Positions 1-9,302 of a DNA stretch of 64,000 nt are shown one piece after another. The notes under the pieces were generated by a model. It did not search any database. It saw nothing but the letters and a program-made list of their open reading frames with translations, and was not told where the DNA came from. The first letter of the stretch is position 1; each line of letters begins with the position of its first letter. The translations under genes were made by a program, and so were the position numbers. The stretch is from Chitinophagales bacterium (lineage in GTDB: Bacteria; Bacteroidota; Bacteroidia; Chitinophagales; JADIYW01): positions 15,111-79,110 of the forward strand of contig JAMLHH010000013.1 of NCBI GenBank assembly GCA_023957215.1, given 5' to 3'.

Positions 1-407
1 AAAAGTGTGAAAATTAAAACAACCGTTATGACATAAAAAGTTTCTTCATTCCATTTGTCTATCCACACGACATGATTGATTTCATTGACTTCTAATAGTT
101 GTAAAGTATAATTTAGATTTTTCTGAGCCTCTGTACTTGCAGGTTGAATACGCAATGATTTTTTGTAATATGCAATAGCTTTTGCAGCCCGATTGGTTTT
201 TAAACAAGCATTGGCATAGTTGAAAAACAGATTATAAGAACTGATATTTTCCTGTATCAAACCATCATAAATTTGATACGCTTTTTCAAAATGATTTTCT
301 GCATAAAATTGATTGGCAGTGGTGAAAAGTGAATCATACTCTACCGTGTTCGCACTTGACGAAATATAAGTAAAGGTCAATAATATGAGTGAAACAACTT
401 TATACAT
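1..407 (-). CDS. batE: BatE-like TPR-repeat protein; its 3' end is cut by the window edge
   Basis: My own minus-strand translation from ATG 407-405 gives MYKVVSLILLTFTYISSSANTVEYDSLFTTANQFYAENHFEKAYQIYDGLIQEN...AIAYYKKSLRIQP, a signal peptide followed by TPR-like helices. The start overlaps the batD stop (ATGTATAA). It occupies the last position of the Bat operon. It is missing from the ORF track because there is no stop codon inside the window. Confidence 0.6.
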   Translation of the reverse strand, partial: MYKVVSLILLTFTYISSSANTVEYDSLFTTANQFYAENHFEKAYQIYDGLIQENISSYNLFFNYANACLKTNRAAKAIAYYKKSLRIQPASTEAQKNLNYTLQLLEVNEINHVVWIDKWNEETFYVITVVLIFTL

Positions 408-2118
408 TTTCACCTTCTTTTTTTATTCCCGGAAAAATATCTTTTGCCAATTTTTCAAGCTCATCTACGGCAATCACTTCCATAGGAGAATAAGCTGCCC
501 GATCACAGGAATGCAAAATAAAAGATAACTTCTCCCGGACATCATGGTCTGTAATTTGGGATAAAAGTTCACTATCTGATATCACATTGGTCTGAAGGGC
601 TTTTTTTACATTTTCTCTTACAGATTGACCTAATACCGCATATTTTTCTTTGCCTTGATATTGAGACATATCCGGCCAAGCGATAATGTCTTCCTTTTGC
701 TTATTTTTTTCCTTTTTCTTTTTTCTAACAATTAAAACAAGTGAAAAAAGCAGTAGTACCGAACAAGCTGAAATAGCAATAGGTACAAGGGATTTGTTTT
801 TACTTTCAGTTAACTGATCTTTTATATTTGTGTGCAACTCTGCTTCTCCACTGTCAGAATGAGTATCTACTGACTTAGGTAAGATGGTCAGATTGATTTC
901 AGGTAGATGTTTGGTAATATATTGTTTTTGCTTAGGATCAAAATACACAAAATTATCCTCGGGAATGGTTGTGTTACCGGTAGATTTAGGAACAATGGCA
1001 TAAGTAAATTTTCGAGAGCCACCATAGATATCACCTCTTTTTCTGAAATCGTCTTTTATTTCGGGATCATAAATATCTACTAAAGACCCTGTTTGGATTT
1101 TTGGAGCAATGATATTTTTAATATTTCCATTGCCCGTGATATTTATTTCCAAAATAGAAGATTGGTCTTGTAGTATTTGAGTCGAAAGGATATTTCTACT
1201 AACATCAAATTGACCGACGGCACCCGAAAAGTTAGCGGGCTTATTTTCTTCCGGCAAAGGTAAAACTTGGATATTGAGCTTGTTTGAACTGATATATACT
1301 TGTAAGGGTGTAGTATTTGTAAAAAATGAAGAACCAAAAAAGGAGGAAGATCCAAAGAAAGGATCTTCATCTTCAGTGAGAATGACACCTCTTGCAGAGA
1401 GAGGGTCAATCGTCTGCTTACCTGCTTGTGTAGCAAACAAAGCCACTTTTCTAAATGCCTGATAATAATATTTCTTACCCTTGTACTCCATTGTTCCTTC
1501 TGTCTTATCGGAGGGAATTTCCATCTCCTCTGACAAGAAACCGTTAAATACCGGCAACTTATCTATTTCCATAGATTGGTAATCTATTCGTCTCAGTAAT
1601 TTGTAAGTAATGGTGACTTGCTCACCGACATACATTTGGTTTTTATCTGCTTGTGCAATAAGTAAGATATTTTCTTTCCAATTGTTAGAAGGAGCATCAG
1701 GGTTTTGATTATTTTGAGTCGTATTGCCACCACCAAAAGCGCTTTTATTGCCATTCTCTACCACTTTGATAGTAAATCCTGATGACTTTACTTCTTTATC
1801 TTTAAAGATTGCAGTGCCCGGAGGAATGTCAAAAGTTCCTTTTTTTAGAGGAATAAAGGTGATATTATATCCTGTACTTCTTGACATTTTTCCATTGATA
1901 ATACTGACATTGGTGGACTTGCCGGATTCATAGGTCTTAAAATCTTTGAGTTCCGGCAATTTAAAATCTTTGGCGTTTCCATCTATATTGTAGGTCACCA
2001 AAAAAGCTTCACCGACTTCTACCTCATCAGCACTTACTTCCATTGAAATATTTTGCGCACTGATAATGTGTGATGTCAATAACAGAAATGATATAAATAT
2101 TAAACGTTTCATTACCAA
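400..2118 (-). CDS. batD: BatD-like oxygen-tolerance protein (exported, with a C-terminal membrane anchor)
   Basis: 572 aa with an N-terminal signal peptide and a single C-terminal TM followed by a basic stretch (LLLFSLVLIVRKKKKEK). Its size and its position after the two VWA genes match the Bacteroides bat operon. The start overlaps the upstream gene by 7 nt. Confidence 0.7.
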   Translation of the reverse strand: MVMKRLIFISFLLLTSHIISAQNISMEVSADEVEVGEAFLVTYNIDGNAKDFKLPELKDFKTYESGKSTNVSIINGKMSRSTGYNITFIPLKKGTFDIPPGTAIFKDKEVKSSGFTIKVVENGNKSAFGGGNTTQNNQNPDAPSNNWKENILLIAQADKNQMYVGEQVTITYKLLRRIDYQSMEIDKLPVFNGFLSEEMEIPSDKTEGTMEYKGKKYYYQAFRKVALFATQAGKQTIDPLSARGVILTEDEDPFFGSSSFFGSSFFTNTTPLQVYISSNKLNIQVLPLPEENKPANFSGAVGQFDVSRNILSTQILQDQSSILEINITGNGNIKNIIAPKIQTGSLVDIYDPEIKDDFRKRGDIYGGSRKFTYAIVPKSTGNTTIPEDNFVYFDPKQKQYITKHLPEINLTILPKSVDTHSDSGEAELHTNIKDQLTESKNKSLVPIAISACSVLLLFSLVLIVRKKKKEKNKQKEDIIAWPDMSQYQGKEKYAVLGQSVRENVKKALQTNVISDSELLSQITDHDVREKLSFILHSCDRAAYSPMEVIAVDELEKLAKDIFPGIKKEGENV

Positions 2119-3923
2119 TCTTTTTCTACTTGAATAGTTCCTGATCTCTCATTCTCTTTTTTTATATGGCGGAGTTGTATGTTTTTTTCCTGTTGATCCA
2201 ATGCTTGGAAGAGTTGTTCGACTGCTTGTGATGACAATTTACTCGGACGTGGAGCTTGAGTTTGATTCTTGTCTTGGTTCTTGGTTCTTGGTTCTTGGTT
2301 CTTACCTTTTGAATCTTGATCCTTTCCTCTTGGATCTTGATCCTTGTCTTGGTTTTGGTCTTGGTTTTGGTTCTTGTCTTGTTTCTTGTCTCTTGGCTCT
2401 TGGCTCTTATCTTGGTCTTGGTTCTTGGCTCTTGGCTCTTGGTTCTTATCTTGATTCTCGTCTTGGCTCTTGGTTCTTGGCTCTTGGCTCTTGTCTTGGT
2501 TATCCATCAAAGATAGTACTATACTCAAGTTATATTGTGCCCGATAGTTACCGGGAGAAAACTCCAAAGATTTTTTCAGATTGTCCAAAGCGGTTTGATA
2601 ATCTTTTGTTGCGATGGCAATATTAGCTTTGTTGAAAAAGGTATTTGCTATGATACTTTTTTCAGGTTGTAATTTTAAGACTCTTTCATAGAGAGCAGTT
2701 GCACTATCCGGTAATTTTTGAAAATACAAGCTTGTAGCCAAATTAAACAAGTTTTCGGCAGAGCTATCTTTTTCAGCTATCTTCTTATAAAGATTTGTAG
2801 CCTCTGGGAAATTACCTTTCTGATAATTTTGAAATGCTGTTACTCTGTCATTCTCATTACAAGATAAAAATATACTACAGGATAAAAGTACCAACAAACT
2901 TGTCATCTGATTTTTGTTTGTTCTAAATGTCAAAATGTGTACACCTGCAATCTCTAACATGAGTAAAATGATAGCCGGAAAAAGGAAGTACTGAAAATAG
3001 TTTTTGTACCGTGTATAAACCTTTTCCTCTCCGGTAGCACTTTTCGACCACTTGATACTCTTTTGTATTTCTTTTAATGCATTTTTTTCATTGTTGATGT
3101 TAAAATATTTACCACCGCCGGCAGTAGCAATTTCTTGAAGAGTTTTTTCGTTGAGTTTTGAAATCACCTGATTCCCTGCATCATCTTTTTTATAACGAAC
3201 TTCTCCGTCCGATAATGTTTCAGGTACAGGAGCACCTGATGAAGTACCTATACCGATAGTATGAATCAGCAAATGATTTTCCGCTGCTTTTTTAGCTTGT
3301 GAAACCGCACCTTTATCATGATCTTCTCCGTCTGAAAGCAATACCAATATTCTTTCAGGATTGTTTTCAGTTCCTTGCAAAGAAGAGGACATCTGTATCG
3401 CTTCACGCAAGGCAGTTCCTTGTGTCGGCATCATATCGGTAGTGACACTATTGAGCTGCATTTCAAAAGTTCCATAATCAGTAGTGAACGGCATCTGCAC
3501 ATACGCTTTTCCTGCAAAAACAATAAAAGCAACTCTATCTCCACTCAATTTTCTCACCAAATCTTGTAAAAACTTTTTGCTCCTTTCCAATCTGCTTGGT
3601 GCAATATCTTTTGCAAGCATACTATTTGATAAATCTAAAGCAATAATGACATTGCTTCCTTTGTTAGTAACAGACTCTTGTTCTTCACCGGATTGTGGAT
3701 TAGTTAAAGCTAAAACCAATAAAATAACTGCTAATGACCAAATCCATTTTTTAACTACCGACTGCCATTTAGATTCGGTCTGTATTAATGAGATGATTTT
3801 TTTAGAATTACCAAAAGTATTTAGTTTTCGTTCTCTCTTTTGAATCAAAAGATACAAAATAAAAGCTGTAGCCGGTATGATAAGCCAAAACCAAAGAATA
3901 CCAATATGTTCTAAACGCCACAT
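2112..3923 (-). CDS. batB: VWA-domain protein fused to a TPR module (BatB-BatC fusion) with a Q/K/D/E/P-rich repetitive tail
   Basis: Two N-terminal TM segments; a MIDAS motif ALDLSNSM; a VWA core (LVLLSDGEDHD); TPR-like repeats (ALYERVLKLQPE, ALDNLKKSLEFSPGN); then the low-complexity tail QEPRTKSQDENQDKNQEPRAKNQDQDKSQEPR. Confidence 0.75.
   Translation of the reverse strand: MWRLEHIGILWFWLIIPATAFILYLLIQKRERKLNTFGNSKKIISLIQTESKWQSVVKKWIWSLAVILLVLALTNPQSGEEQESVTNKGSNVIIALDLSNSMLAKDIAPSRLERSKKFLQDLVRKLSGDRVAFIVFAGKAYVQMPFTTDYGTFEMQLNSVTTDMMPTQGTALREAIQMSSSLQGTENNPERILVLLSDGEDHDKGAVSQAKKAAENHLLIHTIGIGTSSGAPVPETLSDGEVRYKKDDAGNQVISKLNEKTLQEIATAGGGKYFNINNEKNALKEIQKSIKWSKSATGEEKVYTRYKNYFQYFLFPAIILLMLEIAGVHILTFRTNKNQMTSLLVLLSCSIFLSCNENDRVTAFQNYQKGNFPEATNLYKKIAEKDSSAENLFNLATSLYFQKLPDSATALYERVLKLQPEKSIIANTFFNKANIAIATKDYQTALDNLKKSLEFSPGNYRAQYNLSIVLSLMDNQDKSQEPRTKSQDENQDKNQEPRAKNQDQDKSQEPRDKKQDKNQNQDQNQDKDQDPRGKDQDSKGKNQEPRTKNQDKNQTQAPRPSKLSSQAVEQLFQALDQQEKNIQLRHIKKENERSGTIQVEKDW
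2265..2510. repeat. In-frame hexamer/dodecamer tandem repeat (CTTGGT/TCTTGG units) inside the batB tail
   Basis: Direct reading shows runs such as cttggttcttggttcttggttcttggttctt and ggctcttggctcttggttcttggctcttggctcttg. These encode the QEPR/NQDK repeats on the minus strand. Confidence 0.85.
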
Positions 3924-3924
3924 T

Positions 3925-4920
3925 TTAGATATACTGTTTTAGATAAAATGTTCTGAATATCCATTCAAAAATCAAAAGGAACAGTCCTGCCAAAATAAAT
4001 GGGAAATAAAGTTCTTCTTTGGGAACAAAAGCATTGACTTTGATTTTTGATTTTTCTAAGTGATTAATATCCTCATAGATTTGATTGAGTTCTCGGTTGT
4101 TTTCGGCGCGATAATATTTACCGCCTGTTTCTTTGGCAATCTTATTTAAAAGTTCTTCGTCTATATTGACTTCTACATCTCTATAAACGGTTTTACCCGT
4201 AAAAGAATCTTTAAATGGGAAAGGTGCAACTCCTTTTTTCCCAATTCCTATGGTATAAACTTTAACATGTTCGGACTTTGCCATTTCCATTGCCGTGATG
4301 GGGTCAATATAGCCGGTATTGTTTTCACCATCAGTCATTAAAATAACGATTCTATTTTTTACTTCACTATTTTTCAAACGACTGACAGCAGTGGCTAATC
4401 CCATACCTATTGCGGTTCCGTCTTGGAGCATATCAATATTGATATTGGATAAAAGTGTATTTAAGACATTGTGATCTGTGGTCAAAGGACATTGCGTAAA
4501 ACTTTCAGCAGCAAAAATCACCAAGCCGATTCTGTCGTTTGTCCTCTTTTCTATAAAATCATTAGCTACCTTAATGGCGGCTTGCAACCTATCTGGTTTG
4601 AAATCTCTTGCTAGCATACTTCCCGATATATCCAATGACAGCATAATATCTATCCCTTCTACACTTAAAGGCACATTTCCGACCTGTCTTTGTGGTCGTG
4701 CTAATGCAATCACCAAGATAATAATTGCAATCACCCTTAAAAAGAAAGGAATGTGTCGCCATCTTACTCTTCCACTTTTTGAAGGAAAAGAAGCCGGCAA
4801 ACCCGGTACTTTCATTTTTCGGGTAATTTTATCTTCAGTTTTGACATAGTGTATCCACAAAAAGGGTATCAATAACAGAAGTAGAAAAAAACAAGGTTCT
4901 GCAAAAGTCATATCAAACAT
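3925..4920 (-). CDS. batA: VWA-domain membrane protein BatA
   Basis: 331 aa with two N-terminal TMs, MIDAS motif LSLDISGSM, the VWA core motif ILMTDGENNTG, and a C-terminal TM. It is adjacent to batB. Confidence 0.8.
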   Translation of the reverse strand: MFDMTFAEPCFFLLLLLIPFLWIHYVKTEDKITRKMKVPGLPASFPSKSGRVRWRHIPFFLRVIAIIILVIALARPQRQVGNVPLSVEGIDIMLSLDISGSMLARDFKPDRLQAAIKVANDFIEKRTNDRIGLVIFAAESFTQCPLTTDHNVLNTLLSNINIDMLQDGTAIGMGLATAVSRLKNSEVKNRIVILMTDGENNTGYIDPITAMEMAKSEHVKVYTIGIGKKGVAPFPFKDSFTGKTVYRDVEVNIDEELLNKIAKETGGKYYRAENNRELNQIYEDINHLEKSKIKVNAFVPKEELYFPFILAGLFLLIFEWIFRTFYLKQYI

Positions 4921-5836
4921 CTTTTACCTCCTCTTTTTCATCTATTGTGGGGATATGAGGTTCAAAGTTGATAATGTCATTGGCTATCCGAATAGCGTTT
5001 TTTTGTTGCTCAAGATTGGAATCTGCACCTGCAAATTTTATCTCATCCCCCAGACTGAGTATCTCAGAGACCTTATCTATCATCTCATGATACCGCTCTT
5101 TTTTACTCAATTCAAAAAGTGTTTCACCTGTAGATTGATAAGGAGCCTGAATATTCCAAGTTTTTTGAATATATAATCGTACCACATCTGTCAGCAGAAT
5201 CCAAGCTTCTTTTTGATAGGTAAAAGGTATTTGATTGTTTAAAGTATCAATTTGTTTCAATGCCCAAGGTCTTGGTTCTTCTTCGGGTGGTATTTGCAAG
5301 CTGTTTTTACCTTTTCTCCATTGAATAAACAAATAAACCAATATCAAAGCCAAAATAAACAGTAAACCTAAAACAAGTTCTTTCCATCCCATTTTTTTCT
5401 GAAACTCCATTGGTGGATAAGGTGTCCGCACTGTATCTAAAGAGTCAACAGCTATTCTTTTCACCTGAAATGCATCTACCTGTATTTCTAATTGTTTCTC
5501 TTTGTCATTTTGAGTATAAGGAATCGTAATTTGAGGCTGGGCTGTCACCTTATCAAAAGCGATATAGGCATATCTTTTCTTATAAATATAATCTTTTGCC
5601 TGTGTGGTCTGAGTAGTCGGTTCCGGCTCACCAAACATCTGTAATTGTTCTATTTTGGGCGCTTCGGTAGGAAAATGAATGATATATGATTTGGGTGCTT
5701 TAATTTCTACTTCCAAAAATATTTTTTCTCCGATTATCAATTCGGGATTTAAAAATTTTGCATGACCCGAGATATCATCTTTAGCCCAAACAAACAATGG
5801 GAGACAACAAAAAAAGAAAACTATCACTTTTTTCAT
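4913..5836 (-). CDS. Bat-operon membrane protein of unknown function (DUF4381-like position)
   Basis: 307 aa with a signal peptide and one central TM (LVLGLLFILALILVYLFIQW). It sits between the DUF58 gene and batA, as in described bat operons, and overlaps batA by 8 nt. Confidence 0.5.
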   Translation of the reverse strand: MKKVIVFFFCCLPLFVWAKDDISGHAKFLNPELIIGEKIFLEVEIKAPKSYIIHFPTEAPKIEQLQMFGEPEPTTQTTQAKDYIYKKRYAYIAFDKVTAQPQITIPYTQNDKEKQLEIQVDAFQVKRIAVDSLDTVRTPYPPMEFQKKMGWKELVLGLLFILALILVYLFIQWRKGKNSLQIPPEEEPRPWALKQIDTLNNQIPFTYQKEAWILLTDVVRLYIQKTWNIQAPYQSTGETLFELSKKERYHEMIDKVSEILSLGDEIKFAGADSNLEQQKNAIRIANDIINFEPHIPTIDEKEEVKDV

Positions 5837-5837
5837 T

Positions 5838-6716
5838 CTATCTCATTTTTGCTCTTTGGTGAAAAAACATTTTTAATTTTTGAATATAATTATCTCTATC
5901 TGAAATTAAAATGGTAGAAGCACGAGCCTTGTCGAAAGCTTTTTTAAATCTTTCATTACGCAAGACGGATGTTTGTCGATACCACTTCTTGTATATTGAG
6001 GAAGAAGTATCTATCCATGTCACGGCGTCGGTTTCAGCATCTTTAATTTGTACCAAACCGATATCCGGCAACATATCATCCAAAGGATCTTTTACTGCCA
6101 CACCTATTAAGTCATTGCCGGCAGACAATAATTTGACTGCATTTTCATAATTATCATTGATGAAATCCGAAATCAGAAAGACAATTGCATTTTTTTTATA
6201 AATCCTTTTGAAATATCGGATAGCTTCATCAAAATCTGTTCCTTTGTTTTGTACACTTTCAGCCTGCAAGATATTTTTTATCATCTGTATGATTTGCTGA
6301 TAGCCACTTACAGGTGGTAAAACCATTCTTACCTCTGTGTCAAACAACAACAAACCTACCTTATCCCGGTTTTTATTGGCAGAGAAAGCCAAAGCAGCCA
6401 CCATTTCGGCAATTCGTTCTTTACGGTCGGTCTCGGCAATACTTGTCAAGACGGATGAACTGATATCTACCAGAAAGAACAAAGTTTGTTCTCTTTCTTC
6501 CTGAAAAAGCTTAATATATGGATTTTGCATCCTTGCGGAAACATTCCAATCTATATGTCTGACATCATCACCATAAGAATATTGCCTCACTTCGCTAAAC
6601 TGCATACCTCTTCCTTTGAACGCAGTTTTGTATTCTCCTGCAAATTCTTGGTTAGAGAGTAGTTTAGACCTGATTTCTATCTCCTGTACGCGAGATATAA
6701 TTTGGCGGATATCCAT
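5838..6716 (-). CDS. DUF58-family protein (VWA-like partner of MoxR)
   Basis: 292 aa with the characteristic YSYGDDVRHIDWNVSAR motif followed by LFFLVDISSSV. It lies immediately downstream of the MoxR ATPase gene, with a 1-nt overlap. Confidence 0.8.
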   Translation of the reverse strand: MDIRQIISRVQEIEIRSKLLSNQEFAGEYKTAFKGRGMQFSEVRQYSYGDDVRHIDWNVSARMQNPYIKLFQEEREQTLFFLVDISSSVLTSIAETDRKERIAEMVAALAFSANKNRDKVGLLLFDTEVRMVLPPVSGYQQIIQMIKNILQAESVQNKGTDFDEAIRYFKRIYKKNAIVFLISDFINDNYENAVKLLSAGNDLIGVAVKDPLDDMLPDIGLVQIKDAETDAVTWIDTSSSIYKKWYRQTSVLRNERFKKAFDKARASTILISDRDNYIQKLKMFFHQRAKMR

Positions 6717-7723
6717 TAAGGTACGTCTATAGTTTGTATGATTTTGTCAACAATTTGCTCGGCAGTGATTTGCTCGGCTTCTGCTTCAAAAGTCAATCCG
6801 ATACGGTGACGCAAGACGTCTTTCACAATAGACTTAATATCATCCGGTGTCACATAGGCTCTATGTTGGATAAAGGCTTGCGCTCTTGCAGCAAGTGCCA
6901 AACTGATGCTGGCTCTTGGAGAACTACCGTAAGAAATATAATTTTGAATTTCTGAAAGCTTATATTTTTCAGGATAGCGGGTTGCAAAAACAATATCAAG
7001 TATATACTTTTCAACCTTTTCATCCATATAGATATTCTGGACTGTCTTTCTGGCTCTCAATATTTCCTCACTATTGACACAAGCTTCAATTTTAGACCAT
7101 TCGTTGTTGGCATTCATGCGCATGATAAGCCTTTCTTCCTCATATTCAGGATAATCAATGACTACTTTCAACATAAATCTATCTACTTGCGCCTCCGGCA
7201 ATGGATAAGTCCCCTCTTGCTCAATAGGGTTTTGTGTAGCCATGACTAAAAAGGGTTCTGGGAGTTGAAAGGTATTTTCTCCGATAGTAACCATTCTTTC
7301 CTGCATGGCTTGTAAAAGTGCAGACTGGACTTTTGCCGGTGCACGATTGATTTCATCAGCTAAAACAAAGTTTGAAAAGATAGGTCCTTTTCTGACTTCA
7401 AAGGTACCTTTGTGTTGCTGGTATATCATAGTTCCTACGATATCGGCAGGAAGTAAATCGGGCGTAAACTGTATTCTACTGAAATTCACATCTACAGCTT
7501 GCGAGAGTGTTTTAATCGCTAAAGTTTTAGCCAAACCCGGAACGCCTTCCAATAGAATATGACCATTGGTCAGCAAGGCAAGCAAAAGTCTGTCTAACAT
7601 ATACTTTTGTCCGATGATAGACTTGGAGACTTCATTTCTAAGTAAATCTACGAATCTGCTTTGTTCCTGAACTTCTTGTTGTAAATCGGCTAAAAGTGTC
7701 GTCCTTAATGAGCTTACATCCAT
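6716..7723 (-). CDS. moxR: MoxR-family AAA+ ATPase
   Basis: 335 aa. Walker A is LLEGVPGLAKT and the Walker B/sensor region is VLADEINRAPAKVQSALLQAMQE. It is the first gene of the operon. Confidence 0.9.
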   Translation of the reverse strand: MDVSSLRTTLLADLQQEVQEQSRFVDLLRNEVSKSIIGQKYMLDRLLLALLTNGHILLEGVPGLAKTLAIKTLSQAVDVNFSRIQFTPDLLPADIVGTMIYQQHKGTFEVRKGPIFSNFVLADEINRAPAKVQSALLQAMQERMVTIGENTFQLPEPFLVMATQNPIEQEGTYPLPEAQVDRFMLKVVIDYPEYEEERLIMRMNANNEWSKIEACVNSEEILRARKTVQNIYMDEKVEKYILDIVFATRYPEKYKLSEIQNYISYGSSPRASISLALAARAQAFIQHRAYVTPDDIKSIVKDVLRHRIGLTFEAEAEQITAEQIVDKIIQTIDVP

Positions 7724-7848
7724 AATATTATCTGATAGAATCTATTTAATATAAAACACTAAGTTAAATATATTAGAAGATGACAATAAAGATGTTGGCG
7801 GTTAAAATTTGTTAGAAACTTTTATAGATGGTTAAAGCCCTCTTGTCT

Positions 7849-8337
7849 TTACTGCTCCAAGAGATAGAAAGTACTGTCGTATTGGTTTTCAAGGTCTTTC
7901 GGGACATGTTCTTCATCAATAATATCCCATTCGTCCATATCTATTTCCGGAAAAAAAGTATCTCCTTCAATTGTCGCATGCACTTTTGTCAGATAGATTC
8001 TGTCTGCAATATCTAAGGTCTGTTCAAAAATACCTGAACCACCAATGATGAAAACTTCATCAATACCATTGTCTGCGATAAAGTTCAGTGCAGTAGAAAG
8101 TTCTGAAAATACGACTGTCTTTTCCGGTTTATAATCCGGATTTTTACTCAAAACAATATTGATACGCTTGGGTAACGGATGACCAATGGATTCAAAAGTT
8201 TTGCGTCCCATGATAATCGCTTTACCGGTAGTAAAATGTTTGAACCTTTTTAAGTCTGCCGATAATTTCCAAGGTAAATGATTATCTTTTCCTATGACAC
8301 CATTTTCAGAAACTGCTACGATTAAAGATATGAACAT
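7849..8337 (-). CDS. folA: Dihydrofolate reductase
   Basis: 162 aa: ISLIVAVSENGVIGKDNHLPWKLSADLKRFKHFTTGKAIIMGRKTFESIG. Typical DHFR length and motifs, and it is adjacent to thyA. Confidence 0.93.
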   Translation of the reverse strand: MFISLIVAVSENGVIGKDNHLPWKLSADLKRFKHFTTGKAIIMGRKTFESIGHPLPKRINIVLSKNPDYKPEKTVVFSELSTALNFIADNGIDEVFIIGGSGIFEQTLDIADRIYLTKVHATIEGDTFFPEIDMDEWDIIDEEHVPKDLENQYDSTFYLLEQ

Positions 8338-8348
8338 GATTGATGAAT

Positions 8349-9251
8349 TTATACTGCTACTTTGCCTTTTATTGCCGGGTGGCTTTCATAATTCTGCAAC
8401 TCAAAGTCCGCAAACTTGAATTCAAAAATATTTTTTACATCCGGATTGATTTTCATTTTAGGCAAAGGTAAAGGTTCTCTCGTTAATTGTAGATGGACTT
8501 GTTCTAAATGATTCAAATAAATATGCGCATCTCCAAAAGTATGTACAAAATCCCCCAATTCCAAATCACAAACCTGTGCCACCATCATAGTCAATAAAGC
8601 ATAAGAAGCAATGTTGAATGGCACTCCGAGAAACACGTCTGCACTTCTTTGATATAATTGACATGACAAGGTTCTTTTACCGCCCTCTTTTAATGGGGAG
8701 CCTACATAAAATTGAAATAGAGTATGGCAAGGAGGCAAAGTCATTTGGTCTATGTCTGCCACATTCCAAGCACTGACAATTAATCGTCTGGAATCCGGTG
8801 TATTTTTAATTTGGTTGATAATTTTTTCTATTTGGTCTATCTCTCCACCCTTCCCATCCGGCCATGAACGCCACTGTGAACCATAGACCGGCCCTAAGTT
8901 ACCCCATTTTGGGGCAAAGTCAGTATCGACAGCAATTTTTTCAGCAAATTCTTTGATAGTTTCACCTTTGTATTCATCACTCTTGCAGTATTTCTCAAAA
9001 GGCCAATCATCCCATATTCTCACTTGATGCCGGCATAAATATTGAATATTGGTCTCACCTTTTAAAAACCAAAGAAGTTCATGGATGATAGATTTGAGAT
9101 GTACTTTTTTGGTAGTCACTAAAGGAAATCCTTTATTCAAATCAAATCGCATTTGATACCCAAAGACTCCTATCGTACCAGTACCTGTGCGATCTTCTCT
9201 TTGTTGTCCATGTTCTAATATATGACGAAGTAAATCTTGGTATTGCTTCAT
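8349..9251 (-). CDS. thyA: Thymidylate synthase
   Basis: 300 aa with the active-site region [12 protein letters not shown], plus DRTGTGT and RRLIVSAWN motifs. Confidence 0.95.
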   Translation of the reverse strand: MKQYQDLLRHILEHGQQREDRTGTGTIGVFGYQMRFDLNKGFPLVTTKKVHLKSIIHELLWFLKGETNIQYLCRHQVRIWDDWPFEKYCKSDEYKGETIKEFAEKIAVDTDFAPKWGNLGPVYGSQWRSWPDGKGGEIDQIEKIINQIKNTPDSRRLIVSAWNVADIDQMTLPPCHTLFQFYVGSPLKEGGKRTLSCQLYQRSADVFLGVPFNIASYALLTMMVAQVCDLELGDFVHTFGDAHIYLNHLEQVHLQLTREPLPLPKMKINPDVKNIFEFKFADFELQNYESHPAIKGKVAV

Positions 9252-9302
9252 TTTGTCAAATATCGTAAGAATTTGTTGATTTTTACTTATTTGACAGACA
9301 TC

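Noticed and set aside
2201-2626. Plus-strand ORFs of 141 aa and 66 aa (2316-2516) with LVLVLV/LGSWL low-complexity translations
   Set aside because: They are the antisense reading of the batB hexamer repeat. The repeat keeps all frames open. They have no independent coding signal and lie fully inside a well-supported gene.
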